Source: Beijerinckiaceae bacterium
GTDB taxonomy: Bacteria > Pseudomonadota > Alphaproteobacteria > Rhizobiales > Beijerinckiaceae
Assembly (NCBI GenBank): GCA_037446355.1
Contig: JBBIIT010000003.1
Coordinates: 22,751 to 86,750, forward strand
DNA: 64,000 nt
Direction of reading: 5' to 3'
A program made the translations under genes and the position numbers. This document shows, in pieces, positions 8,078 through 16,707 of the stretch; position 1 is the stretch's first letter, and the number at the start of each line of letters is the position of its first letter. Below the pieces are notes generated by a model, which was given only the letters and a program-made list of their open reading frames with translations, did not search any database and was not told the origin of the DNA.

Positions 8078-10225
8078 ATGAGCCGCTCGCTGTTCAGCAG
8101 TTCATGGTATCGCGTTTCCGGTCTGAAGCCGCGCGTACGTTCGCACACGATCATTCATCGCCAAGTGTTCCGCGGCAAGGTCTGGTATGTGCTTCAGGAT
8201 CCGCAGTCCGGCCGATTTCACTCGCTGTCCGAGCTTGCCAACCTGATGGTCTGCCTGATGGACGGGCGGCGAACCGTTCAGGACATCTGGGATGCGGCGG
8301 GGCGCCAGTCCAGCGACGATCCGCCGACGCAGGATGAGACCATTCAGCTCCTCGCCCAGCTTCATAACTCCGACCTGTTGCAAGGCGAGTTTCCGCCGGA
8401 TTTCGACGAGATGGCCCATCGCGCAGAGACGGCCAATCAGCGCCGACTGGTCCAGCAGCTGCGTAACCCGATGGCGGTGCGAGTGCCGTTGTTCGACCCT
8501 AATCGCTTTCTCGACAAAACGCTTCCGCTTGTACGTCCATTGTTCACGACGGCAGGATTTATCGCTTGGCTCGCACTTGTGCTGACAGGGGTCGTGCTCG
8601 CCGCTTTGCACTGGCCTGAACTCACGAGCGACGTTTCCGATCGCGTGCTGACTGCGGAGAACGTGGCGGTCATCATGGCCGTCTATCCGATCGTGAAGAG
8701 CCTGCACGAACTCGGTCACGCCTACGCGACCAAGATTTGGGGCGGCGAGGTCCATGAAGTCGGCTTTATGCTGCTCGTGTTCATACCAGTGCTCTATGTC
8801 GACGCTTCGGCGTCCGCGGCGTTTCGACAAAAGTCGCGGCGCATTGTGGTCGGCGCCGCGGGCATTTTGGTGGAAATGGCGCTGGCGGCCCTCGCGACCC
8901 TAATTTGGCTACAGGGGAGCCCCGGATTGGGTCGAACGGTTGCGTTCAACGTGATGCTAATCGGCGGCGTTTCGACGCTGCTGTTCAATGGCAATCCGCT
9001 GCTGCGCTTCGACGGCTACTACATATTCTCGGATCTGATAGAAATTCCCAACCTTGCCGGCCGCGCCAACGCCTATGTTTTCTACCTCCTCCAGCGTCAT
9101 CTGTTCAGGGTTGACGACGTCGAGACCCCGATCGTGACGCCGAGCGAACGCAAGTGGCTACTGGGTTACGCAGTGCTTTCGTTTGCATATCGAATGCTGG
9201 TTTCGCTGGCGATCGCCCTGTTTCTGGCCACGAAGCTTCCGGCGATCGGGCTTGTCATGGCGTTTTGGTCCCTGACCGCCATCGCGGTTCTGCCGGTGTT
9301 CAAGGGTGTCAAGTATCTCGCCTCGAATCCTAAGTTGAACGGTCAGCGCCGCCGCGCCGTTGGCGTCGTCGCGGGCCTGTCGGCTCTCGTCGCGATTGTG
9401 TTCTTCCTGATTCCGCTGCCCTATTCTACGATAGCCGAGGGAGTCGTCATCGTCCCCGATCAGTCGGAGGTGCGTGCGAAAGCCGACGGATTCGTCGACA
9501 CGGTCGCGGCGGCTGACGGAGAACGCGTCGAGCCAGGCCGAACGCTCGTGGTGCTGGAAGATCCGATTCTGAAAGCCAAGGTCGCCGTGATCGAGGCGCA
9601 ACTGGAAGAGACCCGCCAGCGTTTGGAGGCGGTTCGCGTGCTCGACCGCGTGCAAACGGAAATGTTCCAGGAGCAGGCTGCGAATTTGGCCGAACGGCTT
9701 TCCGTCGCGCGTAAGCAATTGGCCAATCTGGACGTCACGTCGGATCAAGCCGGACGGTTCGTCCCCGCGCATTCGAACGATATGACCGGCAGGTTCGCGC
9801 GGCGCGGCGAATTGCTCGGCTACGTCGTGTCGGATGCGAACCCGGTGGTCCGCGTCTTGGCGCCGCAATCCGACGTTGAGTTGATTGAAAATCCCGACAC
9901 AACGGTGGAAGCGCGCCTGGTCGAGGACGTCGCCCGCGCGCGCGCGGCGAAAATCATCCGGTCCGCGCCCGGCGCGCAGGTCGAAGTGCCGAGCCTCGCG
10001 CTGACGACTCGAGGCGGCGGCGCCATCGCGCTCGATCCGTCCCGCACGCAACGGCCGCAATCGCTGTTCAGCTATTTCCAGCTCGACGTCGAGTTGCTCG
10101 AGCCCAGCGACTCCGGCCGGTTGGGATCGCGCGTCTACGTTCGTTTCAAGCACGGCGACGAGGCTTTGGCCTGGCGCATGTTGCGCTCGGCGCGACAGTT
10201 TTTCCTCGGCCAGTTCCATGTCTGA
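8078..10225 (+). CDS. PqqD-like domain / M50 (site-2) zinc metallopeptidase / HlyD-like fusion membrane protein
   Basis: N-terminal LMDGRRTVQDIW...LLAQLHNSDLL (PqqD-like winged helix). HELGH at 8704-8718 and NPLLRFDGYY at about 8993 supply the M50 zinc ligands. Several TM helices; C-terminal VRAKADGFV lipoyl/hairpin region. Confidence 0.85.
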   Translation: MSRSLFSSSWYRVSGLKPRVRSHTIIHRQVFRGKVWYVLQDPQSGRFHSLSELANLMVCLMDGRRTVQDIWDAAGRQSSDDPPTQDETIQLLAQLHNSDLLQGEFPPDFDEMAHRAETANQRRLVQQLRNPMAVRVPLFDPNRFLDKTLPLVRPLFTTAGFIAWLALVLTGVVLAALHWPELTSDVSDRVLTAENVAVIMAVYPIVKSLHELGHAYATKIWGGEVHEVGFMLLVFIPVLYVDASASAAFRQKSRRIVVGAAGILVEMALAALATLIWLQGSPGLGRTVAFNVMLIGGVSTLLFNGNPLLRFDGYYIFSDLIEIPNLAGRANAYVFYLLQRHLFRVDDVETPIVTPSERKWLLGYAVLSFAYRMLVSLAIALFLATKLPAIGLVMAFWSLTAIAVLPVFKGVKYLASNPKLNGQRRRAVGVVAGLSALVAIVFFLIPLPYSTIAEGVVIVPDQSEVRAKADGFVDTVAAADGERVEPGRTLVVLEDPILKAKVAVIEAQLEETRQRLEAVRVLDRVQTEMFQEQAANLAERLSVARKQLANLDVTSDQAGRFVPAHSNDMTGRFARRGELLGYVVSDANPVVRVLAPQSDVELIENPDTTVEARLVEDVARARAAKIIRSAPGAQVEVPSLALTTRGGGAIALDPSRTQRPQSLFSYFQLDVELLEPSDSGRLGSRVYVRFKHGDEALAWRMLRSARQFFLGQFHV

Positions 10226-12224
10226 CGTGGCGCTGTCCGTACCGGAGCGGTTGTTGAATTTGCCCGCACAGCGGCTTTGCCCGGAAGCGCCGGAACGGAA
10301 GGAAACCAATCTCGAGGGACTAGCGGCGTCGCTCCATTCGCGAGCGGTCGCAGCGATGTCGAGGCGGCGCGCACGATCGCTGCGCCGCATCCTCCCGCTT
10401 GTGAACGCTCATGAGGCCGAGTTCGCGGCCCTCTCCGACTTCGAATTGTTGCCGCGCGCTCGGGAGATAGCAATCGACCTCCGACGCGAGGCCGATTTCT
10501 CCGACGCATTAACGGGGCGCGCGTTTTGCCTGATCCGCGAATTGTCGGCGCGCATTCTCGGCAAGCGGCACTTCGACGTCCAGATCATCGGCGCTTTCGC
10601 TATGGTCAAGGGTATGCTCGCCGAAATGGCGACCGGGGAAGGCAAGACGCTGACCGCGACCCTGGTGGCGGGAACCGCGGGGCTCGCGGGCATTCCCATT
10701 CATGTGGTGACGGTGAACGACTATCTCGCTAGACGCGACGCGGAACTCATGCAGCCCCTCTATCGGGCCTTGGGTTTGAGCGTCGGGATCGTCGTCAGCG
10801 GCCAAAGCTTGCACGAGCGGCAAGCTGCGTATGCATGTGACATCACCTATTGCACCAATAAGGAATTAACCTTCGATTACTTGCGCGATCGCATGTTGCT
10901 CGGCCAAACGGTCGGCGATCTCAAGCTTAAGCTGGAGACGCTTCACAGCGATGCGCCTCGCGCGCGCGAACTGCGAATGCGCGGGCTTCATTTCGCGCTG
11001 GTCGACGAAGCCGACAGCGTGCTGGTCGACGAGGCGCGCACGCCGCTGATCATCTCCGGAGGCGCTGGCGCCGCTATTGGCGAAGAGACCGTCGGCAGCG
11101 CGCTGAAACTCGCATCCGCGATGGAGGCGGGCGTCGATTTCATCGTCTCCACCGAGGATCGAAGGATTTTCCTGACCGTGGCCGGCCAGTCGCGCGTCGA
11201 GCAGTTCGCGAAATCGCGCGCCGGACATTGGCGCAGCGTCGTCAGTCGAGAAGAGCTGGCGCGCCAAGCGCTTGCCGCCCTTCACCTGTTCCACAAGGGC
11301 GAGCAATATGTCGTCGCCGATGGCAAGGTGCAGATCGTCGATGAATATACCGGCCGCATCATGCCGGACCGGCTGTGGAGCGACGGGTTGCACCAGATGA
11401 TCGAACTCAAGGAAGGCTGCGCACTATCGGCGCGGCGCGAAACGCTCGCGCGCATAACCTATCAGCGCTTCTTCCGCCGCTATCGCCGACTGGCCGGCAT
11501 GAGCGGCACGATGCAGCCCGTGGCGGCGGAACTCTGGCGCGTTTATCGGCGTCGCGTAGTGACGATCCCGACCGCGAAGCCGGTGTTGCGTATCCATCGC
11601 CCCGATGTGGTGCTTGCGACCCAGGATGAAAAGTGGCGACGCATCGTCGAGCGCGTGGCGGCCCTCAATGCCGTCGGCGCTCCCGTGCTTATCGGTACGC
11701 GATCCGTCACCGCCTCCGAGCGCGCGAGCGAGATGCTAACCGCGGCGGGCTTTCGACACGAGGTTCTCAATGCGCTGCAAGACAAGCGCGAGGCGGAGAT
11801 CATTGCCGAAGCAGGGCGAAGCGGCCGGATAACGATCGCGACCAACCTCGCGGGACGCGGCACCGACATTCATCTGGGCGAGGGTGTGGCCGCGCTCGGC
11901 GGGCTGCACGTCATCATGACCGAACGCCACGACGCGCGCCGCATCGATCTTCAGCTTGCGGGCCGCGCCGGAAGGCAGGGCGAGCCGGGGTCGTTCGAGG
12001 CGATCCTATCGCTGGAGGATGACTTGATGAACAATGAGAATGGCGTCGCCTTGTCCGGGCTGGCCAAGTGGCTGGCGCGCTATGCGGGCGCCTGGGCGGG
12101 GCGGGGCGCCGCCGAATATGCGCAGAAGCGCGCCGAACGGCTGCACGCGCGGATGCGCGCCGACTTGCTCCGCTCTGATCGATGGCGAAAGCAGACGCTC
12201 GCCTTCACCGGACGGCCCGAGTGA
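10218..12224 (+). CDS. SecA-like DEAD-motor ATPase paralogue, C-terminally truncated (668 aa)
   Basis: MATGEGKT (10626), VTVNDYLARRD, DEADSVLVDEARTPLIISG, IVDEYTGRIMPDRLWSDGLHQ, ATNLAGRGTDI and QLAGRAGRQGEPG. The protein ends shortly after the start of the helical scaffold and overlaps the M50 gene by 8 nt. Confidence 0.9.
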   Translation: MSDVALSVPERLLNLPAQRLCPEAPERKETNLEGLAASLHSRAVAAMSRRRARSLRRILPLVNAHEAEFAALSDFELLPRAREIAIDLRREADFSDALTGRAFCLIRELSARILGKRHFDVQIIGAFAMVKGMLAEMATGEGKTLTATLVAGTAGLAGIPIHVVTVNDYLARRDAELMQPLYRALGLSVGIVVSGQSLHERQAAYACDITYCTNKELTFDYLRDRMLLGQTVGDLKLKLETLHSDAPRARELRMRGLHFALVDEADSVLVDEARTPLIISGGAGAAIGEETVGSALKLASAMEAGVDFIVSTEDRRIFLTVAGQSRVEQFAKSRAGHWRSVVSREELARQALAALHLFHKGEQYVVADGKVQIVDEYTGRIMPDRLWSDGLHQMIELKEGCALSARRETLARITYQRFFRRYRRLAGMSGTMQPVAAELWRVYRRRVVTIPTAKPVLRIHRPDVVLATQDEKWRRIVERVAALNAVGAPVLIGTRSVTASERASEMLTAAGFRHEVLNALQDKREAEIIAEAGRSGRITIATNLAGRGTDIHLGEGVAALGGLHVIMTERHDARRIDLQLAGRAGRQGEPGSFEAILSLEDDLMNNENGVALSGLAKWLARYAGAWAGRGAAEYAQKRAERLHARMRADLLRSDRWRKQTLAFTGRPE

Positions 12225-12232
12225 AGGCGTCA

Positions 12233-13051
12233 TCAGGTCTTGCTGAAAGCCGCGCAGAGATATGTCAAGTGGCCGTTGGCGTGCAGCCAGCGCAAGAGAT
12301 GGCCAGCCGACGGCCGGCGAGGAAACGTTCCCTCGTTTTGCGGCGCGGTGACACGATAGCTTGGCAGGGTCGCCCGCGTCGCGTCGAGCCGCCGCTCGAG
12401 TCGGAGGCCTGCTCGGGCCGCCGCCGAAATTAGCTCCTCCGGTTCGATCCACAATTGCGGCCAGGGTCCAAATTCGCTGCGCAAGATCGCCTCGATGTCG
12501 GGGACGGGCGTCGGAGCTTCGGCCCCGGGCGCGCGCAGCAGGATGTCGGACACCGCAAGCCGGCCGCCCGGACGCAGCACGCGCGCGACTTGATGGAGAA
12601 ACGCCTCGCGAGATCGAAAATGAAACATCGCCTCGATACAGATCGCGCGGTCGAAGCTCGCGGCTTGCAATGGCAACGCGCAGGCGTCGGCCTCGATCAG
12701 AGCGAGCGATCCGTCCCGCATCGGCAATGAACGGCAAATATCGAGTTGGCGCGGGTCGATATTGACCCCGGTGCGCCGCATTTCGCGCCATTGCCCGATC
12801 GCCTCCAGCGCACCGCCGAAGCCGCAACCGACGTCGAGGACATCCTGTTGGTCGCGAAGCGCCGCGAGCTCGATCAGCAAGTCCGTAAGTCGCGCCTGCG
12901 CGTCTTCGAATTCCTGCGCCGAGCAGGGCGTCGAAAGCGGCGGCGGGTCGTCCCAATATCCAAGATGCACGTCGCGCCCGGCATGGCCGCGCCGAAAACC
13001 TTCGATCAGGCCGTCGAAATAGGACGGAACGCGCGGCAATGTCAGCCCCAT
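12233..13051 (-). CDS. Class I SAM-dependent methyltransferase (VHLGYW type, RebM/sterol-MT-like)
   Basis: DVHLGYWD, motif I VLDVGCGFGG, ADACALP, FDRAICIEAMFHF and LRPGGRLAVSD. Start overlaps the stop of the upstream oxygenase gene. Confidence 0.85.
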   Translation of the reverse strand: MGLTLPRVPSYFDGLIEGFRRGHAGRDVHLGYWDDPPPLSTPCSAQEFEDAQARLTDLLIELAALRDQQDVLDVGCGFGGALEAIGQWREMRRTGVNIDPRQLDICRSLPMRDGSLALIEADACALPLQAASFDRAICIEAMFHFRSREAFLHQVARVLRPGGRLAVSDILLRAPGAEAPTPVPDIEAILRSEFGPWPQLWIEPEELISAAARAGLRLERRLDATRATLPSYRVTAPQNEGTFPRRPSAGHLLRWLHANGHLTYLCAAFSKT

Positions 13052-13860
13052 CCGTAAACGCCGAAACCGTCGCTTCGCTCCGCCATGAAACTGCAAGCGG
13101 TCCAGCGCGTCGTCGCGCCGATCACGGGCGTGACGCGGTGCAGGTGATGGCCGGAGTTGAATACGATGAGGTCGCCGGGATCGAGCGTGAACGCGACCTT
13201 CTCCGCGGCGTCAAGGTCCGCGCGGACCGCGTTGCGGTTACTGTCCACGATGCGTTGGCCCGGCGCTTCGGGGTGAATGTTGAAAACCTCCAGCGATCCG
13301 CCCGAGTCGGCCTTCGAAAAGGCGATCACGAACGAGAACAATCGTGGACGGATCATAGGCGTAAGCAGCCGATAGCTTGGCCGCGCCGCCTGCTCGTCGT
13401 CGAAATGGGCGGGAATGTATCCGCCCGGCAAATGGGCGCGGATCGTTGTGAACATATATTGGGATCCCGGCGTTGGCCCCGGCGGCGCGGAATAGGGACG
13501 CCCCTCGTCGAGCGAGGACAGCAGCGCGGTCACGCGCGGCTCCAGCGCGAGCCGCCCGCCCGCCAACCGCGCGAGGCCGTCGCGAAATCCCGGCGTCGCC
13601 GCGAAATAGTCGCGCAGGTCCGGATGGGCCAGATTGAGGTTCGCGCCATAGAAGAAGGCGGCGAACTTGGCGGGAAACTCGGTCTTGATAAGCCCGTGCC
13701 GCTCCGCCGCAAGTTCCGCGCAGATAGTGTCGCAAAGTTCGCGCTCGATCACCCGCTTGACCACGACGCCGTCGATCGCGCGCGCGCGCAAGCGCGACAG
13801 AACGTCCGCGTGCTGGGGCGCCTGACTAGCGTCGAAGGAGACCGTGCGAAAAAATGTCAT
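13042..13860 (-). CDS. 2OG-Fe(II) oxygenase
   Basis: HxD (IPAHFDDE), GGSLEVF, PGDLIVFNSG, HLHRVTPV and RWT: the facial triad plus the 2OG-binding Arg. Confidence 0.8.
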   Translation of the reverse strand: MTFFRTVSFDASQAPQHADVLSRLRARAIDGVVVKRVIERELCDTICAELAAERHGLIKTEFPAKFAAFFYGANLNLAHPDLRDYFAATPGFRDGLARLAGGRLALEPRVTALLSSLDEGRPYSAPPGPTPGSQYMFTTIRAHLPGGYIPAHFDDEQAARPSYRLLTPMIRPRLFSFVIAFSKADSGGSLEVFNIHPEAPGQRIVDSNRNAVRADLDAAEKVAFTLDPGDLIVFNSGHHLHRVTPVIGATTRWTACSFMAERSDGFGVYGWG

Positions 13861-13874
13861 GCGTTGCGTCCGCC

Positions 13875-15212
13875 CTACCTCGCCCCCGGCGGGGGAAACA
13901 CCCAGAAAAACTCGCCCGATCGTCCGCCGACTCGCGCCGCCTCGTCCGTGAGGAACGCGGCCTCTCGCTCGATCGCCCCGCGCGGCCAGCCGAGGCACGA
14001 GCGCATCTTGAGCGATGTCGGATCGTAGTCCAGCAGGTGCTGCGGCGGCGAGCGAACCATCAGCGCCGAGGGCAGTACGACGCAATGATAGACGCGCAGC
14101 GCACACGGCATGCGACGCGCGCGCTCGAAATTGCGACGAAAGCCTTCGGCGTTATCGCCGGGAAGCCCCATGATGATCTCGACCGCCAGCGTCGCGACCT
14201 CGCCGAGTTCGCGCACGTTGTTGTCGAATTTCGCTTCGTCGTATTTGCGGTCGACGTTGGCGAGAACGTCATTGTCGAAGGATTGCAGGCCGATGCCAAC
14301 ATAGGCGTTGCCGACGCTGGCGAGAAAGTCGATATGCTCGCGCCGCACTTTGGCGGGATAGACTTCGCAGATCAGACCACGATCGTTCAGAAATCCGGTT
14401 CGCTGTTGAGCCGCGCGCAGGTTCTGGAACGCGGCCTGATTGAGGTTGAGCCCGGCGTCCGCCAACAGCGCGCCTGTTAGGCCCATCCGTACCATGGAGT
14501 CGAATTCAACTTCCAGGCTCTCTCTCGTGCGCACGCGTTTGGGCGATTCCATCGTGCCCCATTCGCAAAACGAACAGGTGAACGGACAGCCGCGATAGGT
14601 CTGCAACACACCCAGCCCGCCGCGCGGCACCAGGTTCATTTCATAGGGCGACGCGAGAAGGTTGAGATCGCCGAGCGGACGGGCTCGTGTCTCTTTCCAT
14701 GCGCCGTCGACACGGAAGGCCACGCCGGAAATCTGCGCGAGTCCCGCCGGCGCGCGGTCCCGCAATTCGACGATCTCGACAAACGTGTCCTCCCCTTCGT
14801 TGATGACGAGGAGATCGACGGCGGCGCCCTTAGCCCTGTGCGGCTCGTGGTCGAGCATCACGGGGCGAGCAGAAGGCCCGCCAAATACAATCAGGCGCGA
14901 GGGATCGGCTTTCTTCAACAGACCGACCACGTCGAGGAAGAATGGAAACGACCAGAAGAAGGCTGAAATTCCAACAATGTCGGGGTCGAAACGGGCGACC
15001 TCGCCCGCGACCAGCTCGCTCGACTTGTCCCCTGGCGTCAGGTCCCACACCCGCACGTCGAGGCCGGGAAGGGCCGCGCGGCGGATCGCGGCTTCGACCA
15101 TGTAAAGACCAAGATTCGGGATGAACTGCGGCATCGCGGGGTCGCGGTCGGGATAGCGCGCTAGCAACGCGACCCGGCGCCCCGCGCGCGGCGTCTGGCG
15201 CGGAAGGCTCAC
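13875..15212 (-). CDS. Cobalamin-binding radical SAM protein (paralogue 1)
   Basis: B12-binding domain (FDPDIVGISAFFWS, LIVFGGPSAR, LLVINEGE), CPFTCSFC and IIMGLPGD. GTG start at 15212 forms a GTGA overlap with the upstream paralogue. Confidence 0.85.
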   Translation of the reverse strand: MSLPRQTPRAGRRVALLARYPDRDPAMPQFIPNLGLYMVEAAIRRAALPGLDVRVWDLTPGDKSSELVAGEVARFDPDIVGISAFFWSFPFFLDVVGLLKKADPSRLIVFGGPSARPVMLDHEPHRAKGAAVDLLVINEGEDTFVEIVELRDRAPAGLAQISGVAFRVDGAWKETRARPLGDLNLLASPYEMNLVPRGGLGVLQTYRGCPFTCSFCEWGTMESPKRVRTRESLEVEFDSMVRMGLTGALLADAGLNLNQAAFQNLRAAQQRTGFLNDRGLICEVYPAKVRREHIDFLASVGNAYVGIGLQSFDNDVLANVDRKYDEAKFDNNVRELGEVATLAVEIIMGLPGDNAEGFRRNFERARRMPCALRVYHCVVLPSALMVRSPPQHLLDYDPTSLKMRSCLGWPRGAIEREAAFLTDEAARVGGRSGEFFWVFPPPGAR

Positions 15213-16549
15213 GCCGGAACCGCCGTCACGCCCGGGCCGAGGCTGCGTGGAAACGACCACCAGAACCGACCGGAATTGCCGCCTGCTCGGCGTGCCGCGC
15301 GATCGAGTTCCTCGCGCATCGCGCCGATCGCGTCCGCGCTCCAGCCAAGGCACGATTTCATAGCGAGATCGACGGGATGAAATTCGACATTCCACTCCGG
15401 GAGCGCGCGCGTCATCAGCGCATCGGGCAGCACGAGGCAATGATAGACGCGCACGCTCGCGGGAAGGCTTAGCGCATAGCCAAGCGTGCGGCGAAATCCT
15501 TCGGGCGTGTCGCCGGGCAAGCCGAATATGATCTGCAATTCGATGTTGGTTATAGCGGCAAGCTCGCGCACGATGCGTTCGAATCGCGGCGAGTCCGAGG
15601 GCCGTTGATGCAGCCTCAGCACTTCCGGGTCCATCGACTGCATACCGACGCCGAGATAGGCGGGCCCGATCTCGCCGAGGAATTCGAAATGTTCGTCGCG
15701 CACGACGGAGGGATAGATTTCGGCCCAAAACAGCGCCTCACTCAGCGCGCCGGTGCGACGATTGGCTTCGCGCAAATTGCGGAAGGCCTGGAGATTGAGA
15801 TTGAGGCCGGCGTCGAGCAGGAATACCGCCGGCGGCCGCAAGGCTTGAAAGGCCTGCAATTCCCGGGTGAGGTAGTCGACGGAGAAAGTCGACTTGAACT
15901 TGTCGCTCGCGCCCCATTCGCAAAAGCGACACGATAGCGGACATCCGCGATAACTCTCGACGTAGGCGACCTCATTGGGCGCGCATAGACCTATCTGAAA
16001 CGGCGAGGGGATTTGGTTGAGGTCCGCGGCGGCGACGCGGTTGGGAATTTTTCGCCATCCGGCCGCGGCGCGCACGGTGGCGCCGGGCACAGTGGCGAGG
16101 GTTTCGCGCGTGAGTTCGGGCAGGTCCGCCATTTCGCGGAATATGGCTTCGCCGTCGCCCTCGACGATCGCATCGAGATAGCGCGCGGGGTCGCGATAGG
16201 CGTCCAGGTCGAACAGCGCGCGCCGTGCCGAAGGACCGCCGAAAACGATGAGGCAACCGGGTCGCCTGCGTCGTATCTCGCGCGCCACGTCGATGAGACA
16301 GGCGGTCGACCAGACATAAATGGAGAAGCCGACAATCTCGGGTTCGAAGGCCAGAATTTCGCGCGCGTAGCCCGCGACGTCATCTCGTCCGAGATCGATC
16401 AGCTCGACAATATGCGCCGGGCGTTCCGGGTCGCCGACAACGGCCGCCTGAATTCGGCGCACCCCGTAGCTCGGCAGTTCCAGGCGCCCAAGTTCTTCGC
16501 CATCGGGGCGCGGCGTCAGGCAGGCCAAGACTATCCGTCGCGACGCCAC
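15209..16549 (-). CDS. Cobalamin-binding radical SAM protein (paralogue 2)
   Basis: FEPEIVGFSIYVWS, LIVFGGPSAR, IVEGDGE, CPLSCRFC and IIFGLPGD; GGGAG RBS before the GTG. Confidence 0.85.
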   Translation of the reverse strand: MASRRIVLACLTPRPDGEELGRLELPSYGVRRIQAAVVGDPERPAHIVELIDLGRDDVAGYAREILAFEPEIVGFSIYVWSTACLIDVAREIRRRRPGCLIVFGGPSARRALFDLDAYRDPARYLDAIVEGDGEAIFREMADLPELTRETLATVPGATVRAAAGWRKIPNRVAAADLNQIPSPFQIGLCAPNEVAYVESYRGCPLSCRFCEWGASDKFKSTFSVDYLTRELQAFQALRPPAVFLLDAGLNLNLQAFRNLREANRRTGALSEALFWAEIYPSVVRDEHFEFLGEIGPAYLGVGMQSMDPEVLRLHQRPSDSPRFERIVRELAAITNIELQIIFGLPGDTPEGFRRTLGYALSLPASVRVYHCLVLPDALMTRALPEWNVEFHPVDLAMKSCLGWSADAIGAMREELDRAARRAGGNSGRFWWSFPRSLGPGVTAVPA

Positions 16550-16707
16550 TTAATCTCCCGATCCATGCGGATGCCGGCGAGGGTAAGGCGAAGGCTCGGC
16601 CCGCGCAAGGCGCCGACCGCCGCCATCGGGTTTTGCATCGCTCCAGGCCGTGCTAATCACAACCCAGTCGCCGCGGCGCGGCGGATGGACCCAACGAGAC
16701 CCAGCGA

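Noticed and set aside
10218-12224. Calling this the housekeeping secA
   Set aside because: It is too short, lacks the scaffold/wing/C-terminal regions, and sits in an accessory operon.
13875-15728. 617-aa version of B12-radical SAM paralogue 1, and other upstream-extended ORF calls (402, 1151, 13096, 14106, 61657)
   Set aside because: The extensions overlap neighbouring genes and are low-complexity Arg-rich; internal starts with RBS or stop/start overlaps fit better.
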